Shown here piece after piece: positions 50,590-59,824 of a stretch of DNA of 64,000 nt; the stretch's first letter is position 1, and each line of letters opens with the position of its first letter. Under the pieces are notes generated by a model. That model was given only the letters and a program-made list of their open reading frames with translations, did no database searches and was not told the origin of the DNA. The position numbers were made by a program, and so were the translations under genes. Origin of the DNA: an uncultured Actinomycetota bacterium (GTDB lineage: Bacteria; Actinomycetota; Actinomycetes; Actinomycetales; CAWJMD01); contig CAWGTL010000010.1 of NCBI GenBank assembly GCA_963825505.1, forward strand, positions 128,080-192,079, in the 5' to 3' direction.

Positions 50590-52151
50590 CCGACTGGACC
50601 CGGCGCACCGCCGCGGAGCTGGGCGAGGCGATCGCCGCGGGGCAGACCACCAGCGAGGAGGTCACCACCGCCCACCTCGACCGGATCGCTGCGGTCGACG
50701 GCACCGTCGACTCCGGCGTGCACGCCTTCCTGCACGTCGCCCGGGAGGAGGCGGTCGAGCGCGCCCGGGCGATCGACGAGCGGATCGCGGCCGGGGAGCG
50801 GATCGGCCCGCTCGCCGGCGTGCCCGTCGCGGTCAAGGACGTCGTCGCCACCCGGGGTCTGCCGACCACGGTCGGCTCGCGCATCCTCGAGGGCTGGGTG
50901 CCGCCGTACGACGCCACCCTGGTCGCGCGGCTGAAGGAGGCCGGCCTCGTCGTCCTCGGCAAGACCAACATGGACGAGTTCGCGATGGGCTCGTCCACCG
51001 AGCACTCCGCCTACGGTCCCACCCGCAACCCGTGGGACCTCGGCCGGATCCCGGGCGGGTCCGGCGGCGGGTCGGCCGCGGCCGTCGCCGCGTTCGAGGC
51101 GCCGCTCGCGATCGGCACCGACACCGGCGGCTCGATCCGGCAGCCGGCGGCCGTCACCGGCACCGTCGGCGTCAAGCCCACCTACGGCGGGGTCTCGCGC
51201 TACGGGCTGGTCGCCCTCGCCTCCAGCCTCGACCAGGCCGGGCCGTGCACGCGGACGGTGCTCGACGCCGCGTTGCTGCACCAGGTCGTCGGCGGGCACG
51301 ACCCGATGGACTCCACCTCGCTGCTCGACCCGCTCGGCACCGACGCCGACGGCGCACCCATCTCGCTCGGGGCGCTGGTGACGGCCGCCCGCGAGGGCGC
51401 CCGGGCCGACCTGTCCGGCGTCCGCGTCGGCGTGGTCCGCGAGCTCGGCGGCGAGGGCTACCAGCCCGGCGTCCGGGCCCGGTTCTCCGAGGCGGTCGAC
51501 CTGCTCACCGGCGCCGGTGCCGAGGTGGTCGAGGTGTCCTGCCCGAACTTCGAGCACGCGCTCGCGGCCTACTACCTGATCCTGCCCAGCGAGGCGTCGT
51601 CCAACCTGGCCAGGTTCGATGCCATGCGGTACGGCCTGCGGGTCGAGCCCACCGACGGCGACGTCAACGCCGAGCGGGTCATGTCCGCTACTCGCGCAGC
51701 GGGTTTCGGCGACGAGGTGAAGCGCCGGATCATCCTCGGCACCTACGCCCTGTCGTCCGGGTACTACGACGCCTACTACGGCAGCGCGCAGAAGGTGCGC
51801 ACGCTGGTGCAGCGCGACTTCCAGAGCGCCTTCGACCAGGTCGACGTGCTCGTGTCGCCCACCGCGCCCACCACGGCGTTCCGGTTCGGCGACAAGCTCG
51901 ACGACCCGATGGCGATGTACCTCAACGACGTCGCCACGATCCCGGCCAACCTGGCCGGCGTCCCCGGGCTCAGCCTGCCGAGCGGCCTGGCCGACGAGGA
52001 CGGTCTCCCCGCCGGGATCCAGCTGCTGGCACCGGCCCGCGGCGACGCCCGGCTCTACCGGGTCGGCGCCGCGCTGGAGTCGCTGCTGACGGCGAGGTGG
52101 GGCGGCCCGCTGCTCGACCGCAGCCCCGACCTCGTGGAGGTTGCACGATGA
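50586..52151 (+). CDS. gatA: Asp/Glu-tRNA amidotransferase subunit A
   Basis: Amidase signature [13 protein letters not shown]-type ([35 protein letters not shown]). Start overlaps the gatC stop. Confidence 0.96.
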   Translation: MTDWTRRTAAELGEAIAAGQTTSEEVTTAHLDRIAAVDGTVDSGVHAFLHVAREEAVERARAIDERIAAGERIGPLAGVPVAVKDVVATRGLPTTVGSRILEGWVPPYDATLVARLKEAGLVVLGKTNMDEFAMGSSTEHSAYGPTRNPWDLGRIPGGSGGGSAAAVAAFEAPLAIGTDTGGSIRQPAAVTGTVGVKPTYGGVSRYGLVALASSLDQAGPCTRTVLDAALLHQVVGGHDPMDSTSLLDPLGTDADGAPISLGALVTAAREGARADLSGVRVGVVRELGGEGYQPGVRARFSEAVDLLTGAGAEVVEVSCPNFEHALAAYYLILPSEASSNLARFDAMRYGLRVEPTDGDVNAERVMSATRAAGFGDEVKRRIILGTYALSSGYYDAYYGSAQKVRTLVQRDFQSAFDQVDVLVSPTAPTTAFRFGDKLDDPMAMYLNDVATIPANLAGVPGLSLPSGLADEDGLPAGIQLLAPARGDARLYRVGAALESLLTARWGGPLLDRSPDLVEVAR

Positions 52152-53689
52152 GCGAGCCGACCGTCCTGTACGACGACGTCGTCGACCGCTACGACCCCGT
52201 CCTCGGCCTGGAGGTGCACGTCGAGCTGAGCACGGCGTCGAAGATGTTCTGCGGCTGCGCCACCGGCTTCGGGGGCGCGCCGAACTCCCAGGTCTGCCCG
52301 GTCTGCCTGGCGCTGCCCGGTGCCCTCCCGGCGCTCAACCGCACCGCGGTCGAGTCGGCGGCGCTCATCGGCCTGGCACTGGGGTGCCAGATCGCCCCGA
52401 CCTGCCGGTTCGCGCGGAAGAACTACTTCTACCCGGACATGCCGAAGAACTTCCAGACCTCGCAGTACGACGAGCCGATCGCCCACGACGGCGAGCTCGA
52501 GATCGAGGTGCCGGCGTCCGAGCACGGCGAGGCGTTCACCTTCCGGGTCCCGATCGAGCGGGCCCACATGGAGGAGGACACCGGCAAGTCGCTGCACGTC
52601 GGCGGCGCCACCGGCCGCATCCACGGCGCCGAGTACTCGCTGGTCGACTACAACCGCGCCGGCATCCCCCTGATCGAGATCGTCACCAAGCCGATCGAGG
52701 GGACGGGCCACCGCGCGCCCGAGGTCGCCAAGGCGTTCGTCGGGGCCCTGCGCGACATCCTGCGCGGGCTCGGCGTCTCCGACGTGCGGATGGAGCAGGG
52801 CTCGCTGCGCTGCGACGCCAACGTCTCGTTGCGCGCGAAGGTCGGCGAGCCCACGAGCGCCGAGCAGCACGCGGTCCCCCTCGGCACCCGCTCGGAGACC
52901 AAGAACGTCAACTCGCTGCGCAGCGTCGAGCGGGCGGTCCGGTACGAGATGACCCGGCACGCCGCGCGGCTCGACGCCGGGCAGCGGGTCGTGCAGGAGA
53001 CCCGGCACTGGCACGAGGACACCGGCGTCACGACGTCGGGCCGGTCCAAGGAGCAGGCCGAGGACTACCGCTACTTCCCCGAGCCGGACCTCGTGCCGAT
53101 CGAGTGCACCCCCGAGTGGGTCGACGCCCTGCGCTCGCGGCTGCCGGAGGCACCGACGGTGCGCCGGGCCCGCTGGGCCGCCGACTGGGGCCTCACCGAC
53201 CTCGAGCTGCGCGACGTCGTCAACGCCGGCGCGGGCGAGCTGATCGAGGCGACGGTGGCCGCAGGGGCCACGCCGGCCGCGGCCCGCAAGTGGTGGATGG
53301 GCGACCTGGCCCGTCGCGCCAACGCCACCGGCACCGAGCTCGCGGCCCTGCCGGTGACCCCGGACCAGGTGGCCGGGCTGGCCGGCCTCGTCGCCTCCGG
53401 ACGGCTCAACGACAGCCTGGCCCGCCAGGTGCTCGACGGCGTCCTGGAGGGGGAGGGGTCGCCGGAGCAGGTCGCCACCACCCGCGGGCTCGAGGTCGTC
53501 AGCGACGACGGCGCCCTCGGCGAGGCGGTCGACGACGCGATCGCCGCCAACCCGGACATCGCGGACAAGATCCGCGCCGGCAAGCACGCCGCGGCCGGTG
53601 CCCTGATCGGGGCCGTGATGAAGCAGATGCGTGGTCAGGCCGACGCCGCCCGTGTCCGGGAGATGGTGCTGGAGCGGCTCGGCGGGTGA
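52148..53689 (+). CDS. gatB: Asp/Glu-tRNA amidotransferase subunit B
   Basis: [49 protein letters not shown] and a C-terminal YqeY-like tail. ATG 52148 overlaps the gatA stop. Confidence 0.96.
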   Translation: MSEPTVLYDDVVDRYDPVLGLEVHVELSTASKMFCGCATGFGGAPNSQVCPVCLALPGALPALNRTAVESAALIGLALGCQIAPTCRFARKNYFYPDMPKNFQTSQYDEPIAHDGELEIEVPASEHGEAFTFRVPIERAHMEEDTGKSLHVGGATGRIHGAEYSLVDYNRAGIPLIEIVTKPIEGTGHRAPEVAKAFVGALRDILRGLGVSDVRMEQGSLRCDANVSLRAKVGEPTSAEQHAVPLGTRSETKNVNSLRSVERAVRYEMTRHAARLDAGQRVVQETRHWHEDTGVTTSGRSKEQAEDYRYFPEPDLVPIECTPEWVDALRSRLPEAPTVRRARWAADWGLTDLELRDVVNAGAGELIEATVAAGATPAAARKWWMGDLARRANATGTELAALPVTPDQVAGLAGLVASGRLNDSLARQVLDGVLEGEGSPEQVATTRGLEVVSDDGALGEAVDDAIAANPDIADKIRAGKHAAAGALIGAVMKQMRGQADAARVREMVLERLGG

Positions 53690-53768
53690 GCGCGGTGGTG
53701 CGAAAGGGTGAGACGGGTCACCCGATCCGCTCAATCAGCCGGGGGCCCGACCGGCCGATACAGCAGGC

Positions 53769-56123
53769 ATGGTCGGCGACAGGGCGTTCCTCGCCGCGCG
53801 ACGAGGTCACCTCGTCCCGCTCGCGGGTGTGCCTCTGGCCGCCGCCGCCCTGGTGCTCCGCGGCGCCGTGGAGGGCGAGCCGTACGCCCTGACCTCGGCC
53901 CTGGCGCTGGCAGGCTGCATCGCCGTGCTCGGTGGGGCCGCCGTGGCCGCGCTGGGCATCCGGTCCAGCGGTCTGCAGTGGTTCCGCATCCTGCTCGGGG
54001 CGGCCGCGATCGTCTTCGGCACCGGCCAGCTGCTGGTCGCCTGGCAGGTCCAGGGCGGCCACCCGGGGTACCCGACGTGGGGCGACCTGGTCTCCGGGTT
54101 CGCGGTGGTCCCGGCCGTGCTCGGCATCGCGCTGGTCCCGCGCCGGACCCGCGAGGCCGGCCGCGCGCTGCGCCTGGTGCTCGAGGGCCTGATGATGGGC
54201 AGCGCCGCCGGGCTGCTGCTGTGGCGCACGGTGCTGATGGACGTGGTCGACACGCCCGACGTCGAGCTCAGCTCGCTCGCGATGCTCGTGCTCGAGATCG
54301 TCGTCGCCTCGATCGCCGTCATCGCCGCCGTCCGCGAGCTCGACCGCGGGCTGGTGCTGCTGGCCGGCGGCTTCTCCCTCTACACCGTCTTCGACGTGGT
54401 CGCGGTCCACGCGGTCCTGCAGGGCCGGCCGTGGCCGTTCGTGAGCGCCCTGGCCGGCTGCGTGGTCTGGCCCTTCATCATCGCGGGTCTGAGCACGATC
54501 AGCGCCAGACCGCGCGAGATGCCCGAGCGCCGGCTCCCCGGTGCGGAGACCCGGCGGCAGGTCGTCGTGGGCGGCGCGTCCACGCTGATGCTCCTGGTGG
54601 CGCTGGTCTCGTTCGTCGACTCGCCGGGGCTCGACACCACCGGCCTGGTGCTCTCGATCGTCTTCGTCGTCGCCTTCGGCGCGTGCGAGCTCGTGCGCGC
54701 GCAGCAGAACCGTCGCCTGCTCGAGCGGCTCGCGGGACTCGCCGGTCGCGACCCGCTCACCGGCGTGCGCAACCGACGTGCGCTGTCCGAGCGCCTGGAC
54801 GAGCTCGCCGGGGGGCGGCCGTCGTCGCGGTCGAGCGACAGCGGCTGGTGGTTCCTCACCCTCGACCTGGACGGGTTCAAGGACGTCAACGACATGCTCG
54901 GCCACGAGACCGGCGACCTGGTGCTCCAGCTGGTCGCCAAGGCGCTCGAGGACCACGTGGGCAACGACGGTGCCGACGTCTTCCGCCTCGGTGGCGACGA
55001 GTTCGGGGTCCTGGCCTCCGGCACCGAGACCGAGGTGCGGGAGCTGGCCGAGTCGCTGCTCGTGGCGGTCTCGCGCAGCGTGCGCGGCGCCCCGGGCGTC
55101 GCGCGCCTCGACGTCTCGGTGAGCATCGGCGCCGACCGGCTCCGGCTCGGCACCGGCACCCGCGCCACCCAGGTGGGCATCGCGGCCTCCGGACAGGCGA
55201 TGCGCCAGGCCAAGCGGGACGGGCGCGGCCGCGTCGTCGTGTTCAGCGAGCCGCTCGCCGCCCGCAGCCGCCGCCGCCAGCTGATGGAGCGCCAGCTGCG
55301 CGACACCATCGCGGCAGGAGGCGTCGACGTGCACTTCCAGCCGGTCTACGACGTGTGGACGGGCTACCTCACCGGCGTCGAGGCGCTGGCCCGCTGGAAC
55401 GACCCCGTCCTCGGCGACGTCAGCCCGGGCGAGTTCATCGAGGTCGCGGAGGAGTCGGGCCTCATCGGCGAGATGGGCCAGCAGATCATGCGCAAGGCGC
55501 TGCGGCTGATGGTGGGCTGCGGCGGCGTGGGCCGCGGCGTCCGGGTCGCGGTCAACGTCTCGACGATCCAGCTGCGCGACCCGTCCTTCGTCGGCTTCGT
55601 CAAGCAGGCGCTCGTGGAGGTCGGCGTCGAGCCGGCCACGCTCGTGCTCGAGGTGACCGAGTCGGTCTTCGTCCGCCCGGACGACCCGGCCGTGCAGTCG
55701 ATCACGCGTCTGGCCGAGCACGGGTGCACCGTCGCCATGGACGACTTCGGCTCGGGCTACTCCTCGCTCGGGTACCTCAGCCGGCTGCCCGTGAAGATCC
55801 TCAAGGCCGACATGTCGCTGACGCGGCAGCTGCACGAGCCGCGGACGCTCGCGATCGGGCGGACCATCGTCCAGCTGGCGGCGGGTCTCGGCCTCGACGT
55901 CGTCTTCGAGGGCGTCGCCACCCCGCAGCAGGAGGCCCTCGTGCGCGGCCTCGGCGCCCAGTACGTGCAGGGCTGGTTGTACGCCCGGGCGATGCCCGTC
56001 GAGGAGCTCGTCGCCGAGATGGACCGCAGCTGCGCCCCTCTGCCCGGCGGGACCACCGCGCTGCCCGCCGCTCCGCGCCCCCGGCGCCCGGCCGACGGCC
56101 AGCGCTGGGCCAGCGCCGGCTGA
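53769..56123 (+). CDS. Membrane-bound GGDEF-EAL protein (third in the window)
   Basis: Polytopic N-terminus. FRLGGDEFGVLA. EAL domain with VEALARWNDP, VAVNVS, EVTES and DDFGSGYSSL, but KADMSL and FEGVATPQ in place of the usual KIDxSF and AEGVET. Confidence 0.88.
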   Translation: MVGDRAFLAARRGHLVPLAGVPLAAAALVLRGAVEGEPYALTSALALAGCIAVLGGAAVAALGIRSSGLQWFRILLGAAAIVFGTGQLLVAWQVQGGHPGYPTWGDLVSGFAVVPAVLGIALVPRRTREAGRALRLVLEGLMMGSAAGLLLWRTVLMDVVDTPDVELSSLAMLVLEIVVASIAVIAAVRELDRGLVLLAGGFSLYTVFDVVAVHAVLQGRPWPFVSALAGCVVWPFIIAGLSTISARPREMPERRLPGAETRRQVVVGGASTLMLLVALVSFVDSPGLDTTGLVLSIVFVVAFGACELVRAQQNRRLLERLAGLAGRDPLTGVRNRRALSERLDELAGGRPSSRSSDSGWWFLTLDLDGFKDVNDMLGHETGDLVLQLVAKALEDHVGNDGADVFRLGGDEFGVLASGTETEVRELAESLLVAVSRSVRGAPGVARLDVSVSIGADRLRLGTGTRATQVGIAASGQAMRQAKRDGRGRVVVFSEPLAARSRRRQLMERQLRDTIAAGGVDVHFQPVYDVWTGYLTGVEALARWNDPVLGDVSPGEFIEVAEESGLIGEMGQQIMRKALRLMVGCGGVGRGVRVAVNVSTIQLRDPSFVGFVKQALVEVGVEPATLVLEVTESVFVRPDDPAVQSITRLAEHGCTVAMDDFGSGYSSLGYLSRLPVKILKADMSLTRQLHEPRTLAIGRTIVQLAAGLGLDVVFEGVATPQQEALVRGLGAQYVQGWLYARAMPVEELVAEMDRSCAPLPGGTTALPAAPRPRRPADGQRWASAG

Positions 56124-56127
56124 GCGC

Positions 56128-57376
56128 TCACCCCAGCGGGAACCGCACCACCCGGTCGTCGCCGTCGCGCGGCGCGCGGCCCACGTTGTTGGTCAGCACC
56201 AGCAGCGACGGCTCGTCGGCGGTGAGGTCGACCAGGACGTCGCGCAGGCGGCCGAGCTCGCCGGTGGCGTAGGCCTGCGGCGCGCCGAGCACCGCGGGGC
56301 CGTCGATCAGCGGCAGGCGCCAGAGCCGTTCGCCGCGCAGCGCCGCCACGTAGACCGCGTCGGCCGTCACCGCCAGCCCGGACGGGGACGCCTCGTCGGT
56401 GCCCCAGGTGACGAGCGGGTCGACGTAGTCGGGGTCACCGCCCGCGCCCTCGACGACGGGCCACCCGTAGTTCGCCCCGGGCTCGATCAGGTTCACCTCG
56501 TCGAAGGTGTTCTGGCCGAACTCGCTGGCGAACATCCGCCCCTGGGCGTCCCAGCCCACGCCCTGCACGTTGCGGTGCCCGGAGGACCAGACGGGCGAGC
56601 CCTCGACCGGGTTGCCCGGGGCCGGGTCGCCCTCGGGCGTCAGGCGCAGGATCTTGCCGCCGACGCTCGCGAGGTCCTGCGACAGGTCGGTGTCGCCGGC
56701 GTCTCCGGTGGTGACGTAGAGCATGTCGTCCGGCCCGAAGGCGAGCCGCCCGCCGTTGTGCCGGGTCGACGCCGGGATCGCGGTGAGCAGCGGCTCGGGC
56801 GTCCCGAGCGCGAGCGAGGACGGCGGCGAGCCGGTGAGGAGCATCCGCACGACCTGGTTCGAGGGCGAGCCCTGGCCGCCGACGGTCTGGTACGCGTACA
56901 CCCACGTGCTCCCGGCGTCCTCGCGCAGCGCCAGGCCGAGCAGCCCGCCCTCGCCGAGCGGCGTGGTGCCGGGGACCCTGCCGTCCGCCGTCGGAGGTGG
57001 CGACGGGCGAGGCCGTGCCGTCGACCGCGAGGTGCAGCACGGTCGCCTGGTCGCGCAGCGAGAGCAGCCAGCCCCGGCCGGCACCGTCCTCGGCCGGCGG
57101 GAGCGGCACCAGGCTCCACGGCAGCGGCAGGCCGGTGGTCAGCGCCTCCGGGGTACCGGGCACGCCGCTGGGCAGCGGCGTGGCGCCGGTCGTGGTGCTC
57201 GTCGAGGCGGAGGGCTGCGTCGTCGTGGCGGTGGCCGTGGGGGTCACGCCCGTCCCCACCCGGTCCGGGCCGGCCGACGTGCAGCCGGCGACCAGGCCGG
57301 CGGCCGTGCCCGCAGCGAGGAGCAGCACCGCGGCGGGTCGGACGCGGGGCGGGGGCACCCGGCCAGTCTGAGGCAC
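56128..57376 (-). CDS. PQQ-dependent sugar dehydrogenase (SGDH-type beta-propeller) lipoprotein; frame break near 56980
   Basis: The C-terminal 318 aa (HNGGRLAFGPDDMLYVTTGD, GHRNVQGVGWD, DEVNLIEPGANYGWP) are in one frame. The lipoprotein signal AAVLLLAAGTAAGLVAGC and N-terminal blade are in the frame of ORF 56435-59302. Confidence 0.78.
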
Positions 57377-57385
57377 GATGTGCGG

Positions 57386-58351
57386 ATGACGCAGCACGTG
57401 GTGACCGTGCCGGACGCGGACTGGGCCGAGCGGCTCGGGCCGTGGCCCGACGCGGTGGAGGCGGTGGAGTGGGACGTGCGCTCGGACCCGGCGGCTGCCC
57501 TGGGGCCGGCGCTCGACCGGCTGCTCATGGTGGTGCTGCCCTACCAGCGCCCGGCCACCGTGCTGCCCGCGCTGGCGGGCGTCCCGTCGCTGCGCCTGGT
57601 GCAGGCGCTGACCGCCGGGTACGACGGGCTCGCCGACCAGATGCCTCCCGGTGTGCCGCTGGCCAACGCGGTCGGCGTGCACGACGCCAGCACCGCCGAG
57701 CTCGCCCTCGGGCTGACGATCGCCTCGCTGCGCGGCATCGACGCCGCGGTGCACGACCAGGAGCGAGGACGCTGGGCGCCCTCGGTGCACACCTCGCTGG
57801 CCGACCGCAGGGTGCTGGTGGTGGGCACGGGCGGCGTCGGCACGGCGATCGCTCGGCGGCTGGAGCCGTTCGAGGTGGCGATCACGCGGGTGGCGTCGTC
57901 GGCGCGGTTGGACCACCTGTCCGGCCGGTTCGGGACGGTGCACGGGGTGGACGAGCTGCCCACCCTGCTGCCGCGGCACGACGTCGTGGTCCTGGCCGTC
58001 CCGCTCACGCCGGCCACGCAGGGCCTCATGGGCCGCGAGCTGCTCGGCGCGATGCCCGACGGCGCCCTGCTGGTGAACGTGGCCCGCGGTCCCGTCGTCG
58101 ACACCGGTGCGCTGCTCGCCGAGCTGCGCTCGGGCCGGCTGCGCGCCGCGCTCGACGTCGTCGACCCCGAGCCGCTGCCGGACGACCACCCGCTGTGGGG
58201 CGCCCCGAACCTGGTGCTGACGCCCCACGTCGGCGGCGCGACCACGGCGATGGTGCCTCGGGCGCGGCGCCTGGTGCACCACCAGCTCGCGCTGCTGCTC
58301 GCCGGTGAGGACCCGGAGCACGTGGTGCACCTGGACCGGCCGGAGGGCTGA
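57386..58351 (+). CDS. D-isomer-specific 2-hydroxyacid dehydrogenase family protein
   Basis: VLVVGTGGVGTAIARRL (NAD fold), LLVNVARGPVVD and LTPHVGGAT. ATG in the frame of ORF 56723-58351. Confidence 0.88.
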   Translation: MTQHVVTVPDADWAERLGPWPDAVEAVEWDVRSDPAAALGPALDRLLMVVLPYQRPATVLPALAGVPSLRLVQALTAGYDGLADQMPPGVPLANAVGVHDASTAELALGLTIASLRGIDAAVHDQERGRWAPSVHTSLADRRVLVVGTGGVGTAIARRLEPFEVAITRVASSARLDHLSGRFGTVHGVDELPTLLPRHDVVVLAVPLTPATQGLMGRELLGAMPDGALLVNVARGPVVDTGALLAELRSGRLRAALDVVDPEPLPDDHPLWGAPNLVLTPHVGGATTAMVPRARRLVHHQLALLLAGEDPEHVVHLDRPEG

Positions 58352-58363
58352 CACACTCACGCC

Positions 58364-59200
58364 ATGCTGAGGGTGACGCTGCGGGGGGCGGGGGTGCCGG
58401 CCGCCGTGCTGGGCACGGGGGACCGGCTGCTGTTCGGCCGGGCACCGGGTGAGCGCCTCGACGGGCTCGACCCCGACTCCCAGCTGAGGCTCACCACGCT
58501 CGCGCTGCCCCGCACCGCGCCGCACGTCTCGCGGGTGGTCGGCGAGGTCGTCGTGGGCGAGGAGATGGTGCGGCTGCGCTGGCACGGGTCGACCGAGGCC
58601 CAGCTGTCGAGCCTGTTCGACGCCCCAGGCGGCGCGCGCAGGGTCGCTCTGGCGCAGGGGATGTCGGCCTTCCTCGACGAGGGCGAGAACCACCTGCTGC
58701 TGCTGCGCGGCCGGGAGACCGCGCAGGGCCGGTACACCGACCTCGTCCTGGTGGTCGTCGTCGACGACGTGGAGCAGGAGCAGGCGACCGAGCCCGGCGA
58801 GGAGCCCTCGGCCGACCTCGACGCCGCTCCCACGGCCCCCGCCCCCCGGCTGGAACCCCGGTCGCGGGAGTGGTTCGTCGCGCTGGCGCTGGCGGAGCCG
58901 TGGCTCACGGGGGCCGACGACTACCCCCGCCCGCCCTCGAACCGCGAGGTGTACGAACGGGTCCGACGCTGGCACGGCTACGCCTGGAACCTCGACCGCG
59001 CCCAGCGGGTCGACGACGCCATCCGGGTCGTGGCCCGGATGGCGTTCGGGCCGCAGGACGACCCGTTCACCTCCACCGCCGGCCGGGTCCAGAACGTGCG
59101 GTTCGCGGTCGGCCGCCGCGCGGCGGAGGTGCGGCTGGTCACGGTCGACCAGCTCGAGCAGGTCGAGGCCGAGGCGGCCGCCCGTCCGGTCCGCCACTGA
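58364..59200 (+). CDS. Hypothetical protein with an FHA-like N-terminal region
   Basis: GDRLLFGRAPGERLD ... ALPRTAPHVSRVVGEVVV ... WHGSTEAQL resembles the FHA core (GR ... SR.H ... GS). Acidic linker. C-terminal domain not recognised. Confidence 0.45.
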   Translation: MLRVTLRGAGVPAAVLGTGDRLLFGRAPGERLDGLDPDSQLRLTTLALPRTAPHVSRVVGEVVVGEEMVRLRWHGSTEAQLSSLFDAPGGARRVALAQGMSAFLDEGENHLLLLRGRETAQGRYTDLVLVVVVDDVEQEQATEPGEEPSADLDAAPTAPAPRLEPRSREWFVALALAEPWLTGADDYPRPPSNREVYERVRRWHGYAWNLDRAQRVDDAIRVVARMAFGPQDDPFTSTAGRVQNVRFAVGRRAAEVRLVTVDQLEQVEAEAAARPVRH

Positions 59201-59213
59201 CGAGATCCGGTTC

Positions 59214-59253
59214 GGCGACAGGGAGGAACGTTCCGGCGCGCTCGCCCTGTCGC
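59214..59253 (+). promoter_or_regulatory. Conserved upstream motif GGCGACAGGGAGGAACGTTCC plus inverted half CCCTGTCGC
   Basis: Shares the G.GACAG-N3-GGAA-N2-TTCC core with the sites at 42465 and 59707. GCGACAGGG pairs with CCCTGTCGC (9 bp). The inner GGAACGTTCC is itself a perfect palindrome. Confidence 0.55.
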
Positions 59254-59313
59254 GCCGCCCTCGCGCCGTGCGAGGGTCGGCGGACGCCAGCAGAGACGAC
59301 ACCGGGAGGGGCC

Positions 59314-59604
59314 ATGGTCGACAGGAGCCAGTTCTACGGGATGGACACCGAGAGCTCGCGCGAGGGAGCCCGGCAGCTCGACTCCGGCGCGACCGAGGTG
59401 CAGGGCATGCTCGATCTCGCCAACCAGGCGATCCAGGCGCTGCGCAGCTCGCCGTACGGCGCTGCCGGCCCCGGCTTCGCTCAGTGGGACCAGACCTGGA
59501 CCGGCGAGGTCAACCCCCAGCTGCAGCGCGCCGTCGAGAACCTGCGCAGCAACGCCTCCGAGCTGAACCGGCGCGCGCAGATGCAGGAGGAGGCCAGCGC
59601 CTGA
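59314..59604 (+). CDS. WXG100-like small helical protein (96 aa)
   Basis: GGGAGGGG SD. W-x-G at QTWTGEV. Predicted helix-turn-helix length. C-terminal QMQEEASA is similar to the DDQERASS of the 60874 protein. Confidence 0.7.
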   Translation: MVDRSQFYGMDTESSREGARQLDSGATEVQGMLDLANQAIQALRSSPYGAAGPGFAQWDQTWTGEVNPQLQRAVENLRSNASELNRRAQMQEEASA

Positions 59605-59627
59605 CGCGCCTCCACCGCTCTCCCCTT

Positions 59628-59657
59628 CAGCCGCCGTCCCGACCGGGACGGCGGCTG
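59628..59657 (+). terminator. Perfect 13-bp stem hairpin CAGCCGCCGTCCC-GACC-GGGACGGCGGCTG after the first WXG gene
   Basis: Begins 24 nt after the stop codon. Followed by a CTGCTGCTGTGCTGC tract with only scattered T and no clean U-run. Confidence 0.55.
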
Positions 59658-59706
59658 CTGCTGTGCTGCAACGGTTCTTGCTCTGGCACCGGGTCGGGCG
59701 CCGATC

Positions 59707-59727
59707 CGGGACAGACCGGAACCTTCC
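59707..59727 (+). promoter_or_regulatory. Third copy of the conserved motif: CGGGACAGACCGGAACCTTCC
   Basis: Same strand and order as the other two copies, 98 nt upstream of ATG 59825. A CCTGTC inverted half follows at 59760-59765. Confidence 0.5.
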
Positions 59728-59824
59728 ACCCCTCCCGCTCTGGCGCGGGACCGCCCCGACCTGTCAGCGTCTGCGGCACAGGCAGTTTCGAGGCTCGGTA
59801 CGCCGGGCGAGGGGAGGTGGGACG

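Noticed and set aside
53754-53761. GCCGATAC, resembling the sigma-28/WhiG -10 box (GCCGATAA), just upstream of the third GGDEF-EAL gene.
   Set aside because: No TAAA-like -35 box at the required ~15-nt spacing (the nearest TCAA is about 19 nt away). A 7-mer like this is expected a few times by chance in 128 kb of two-strand sequence. Kept only as a note.
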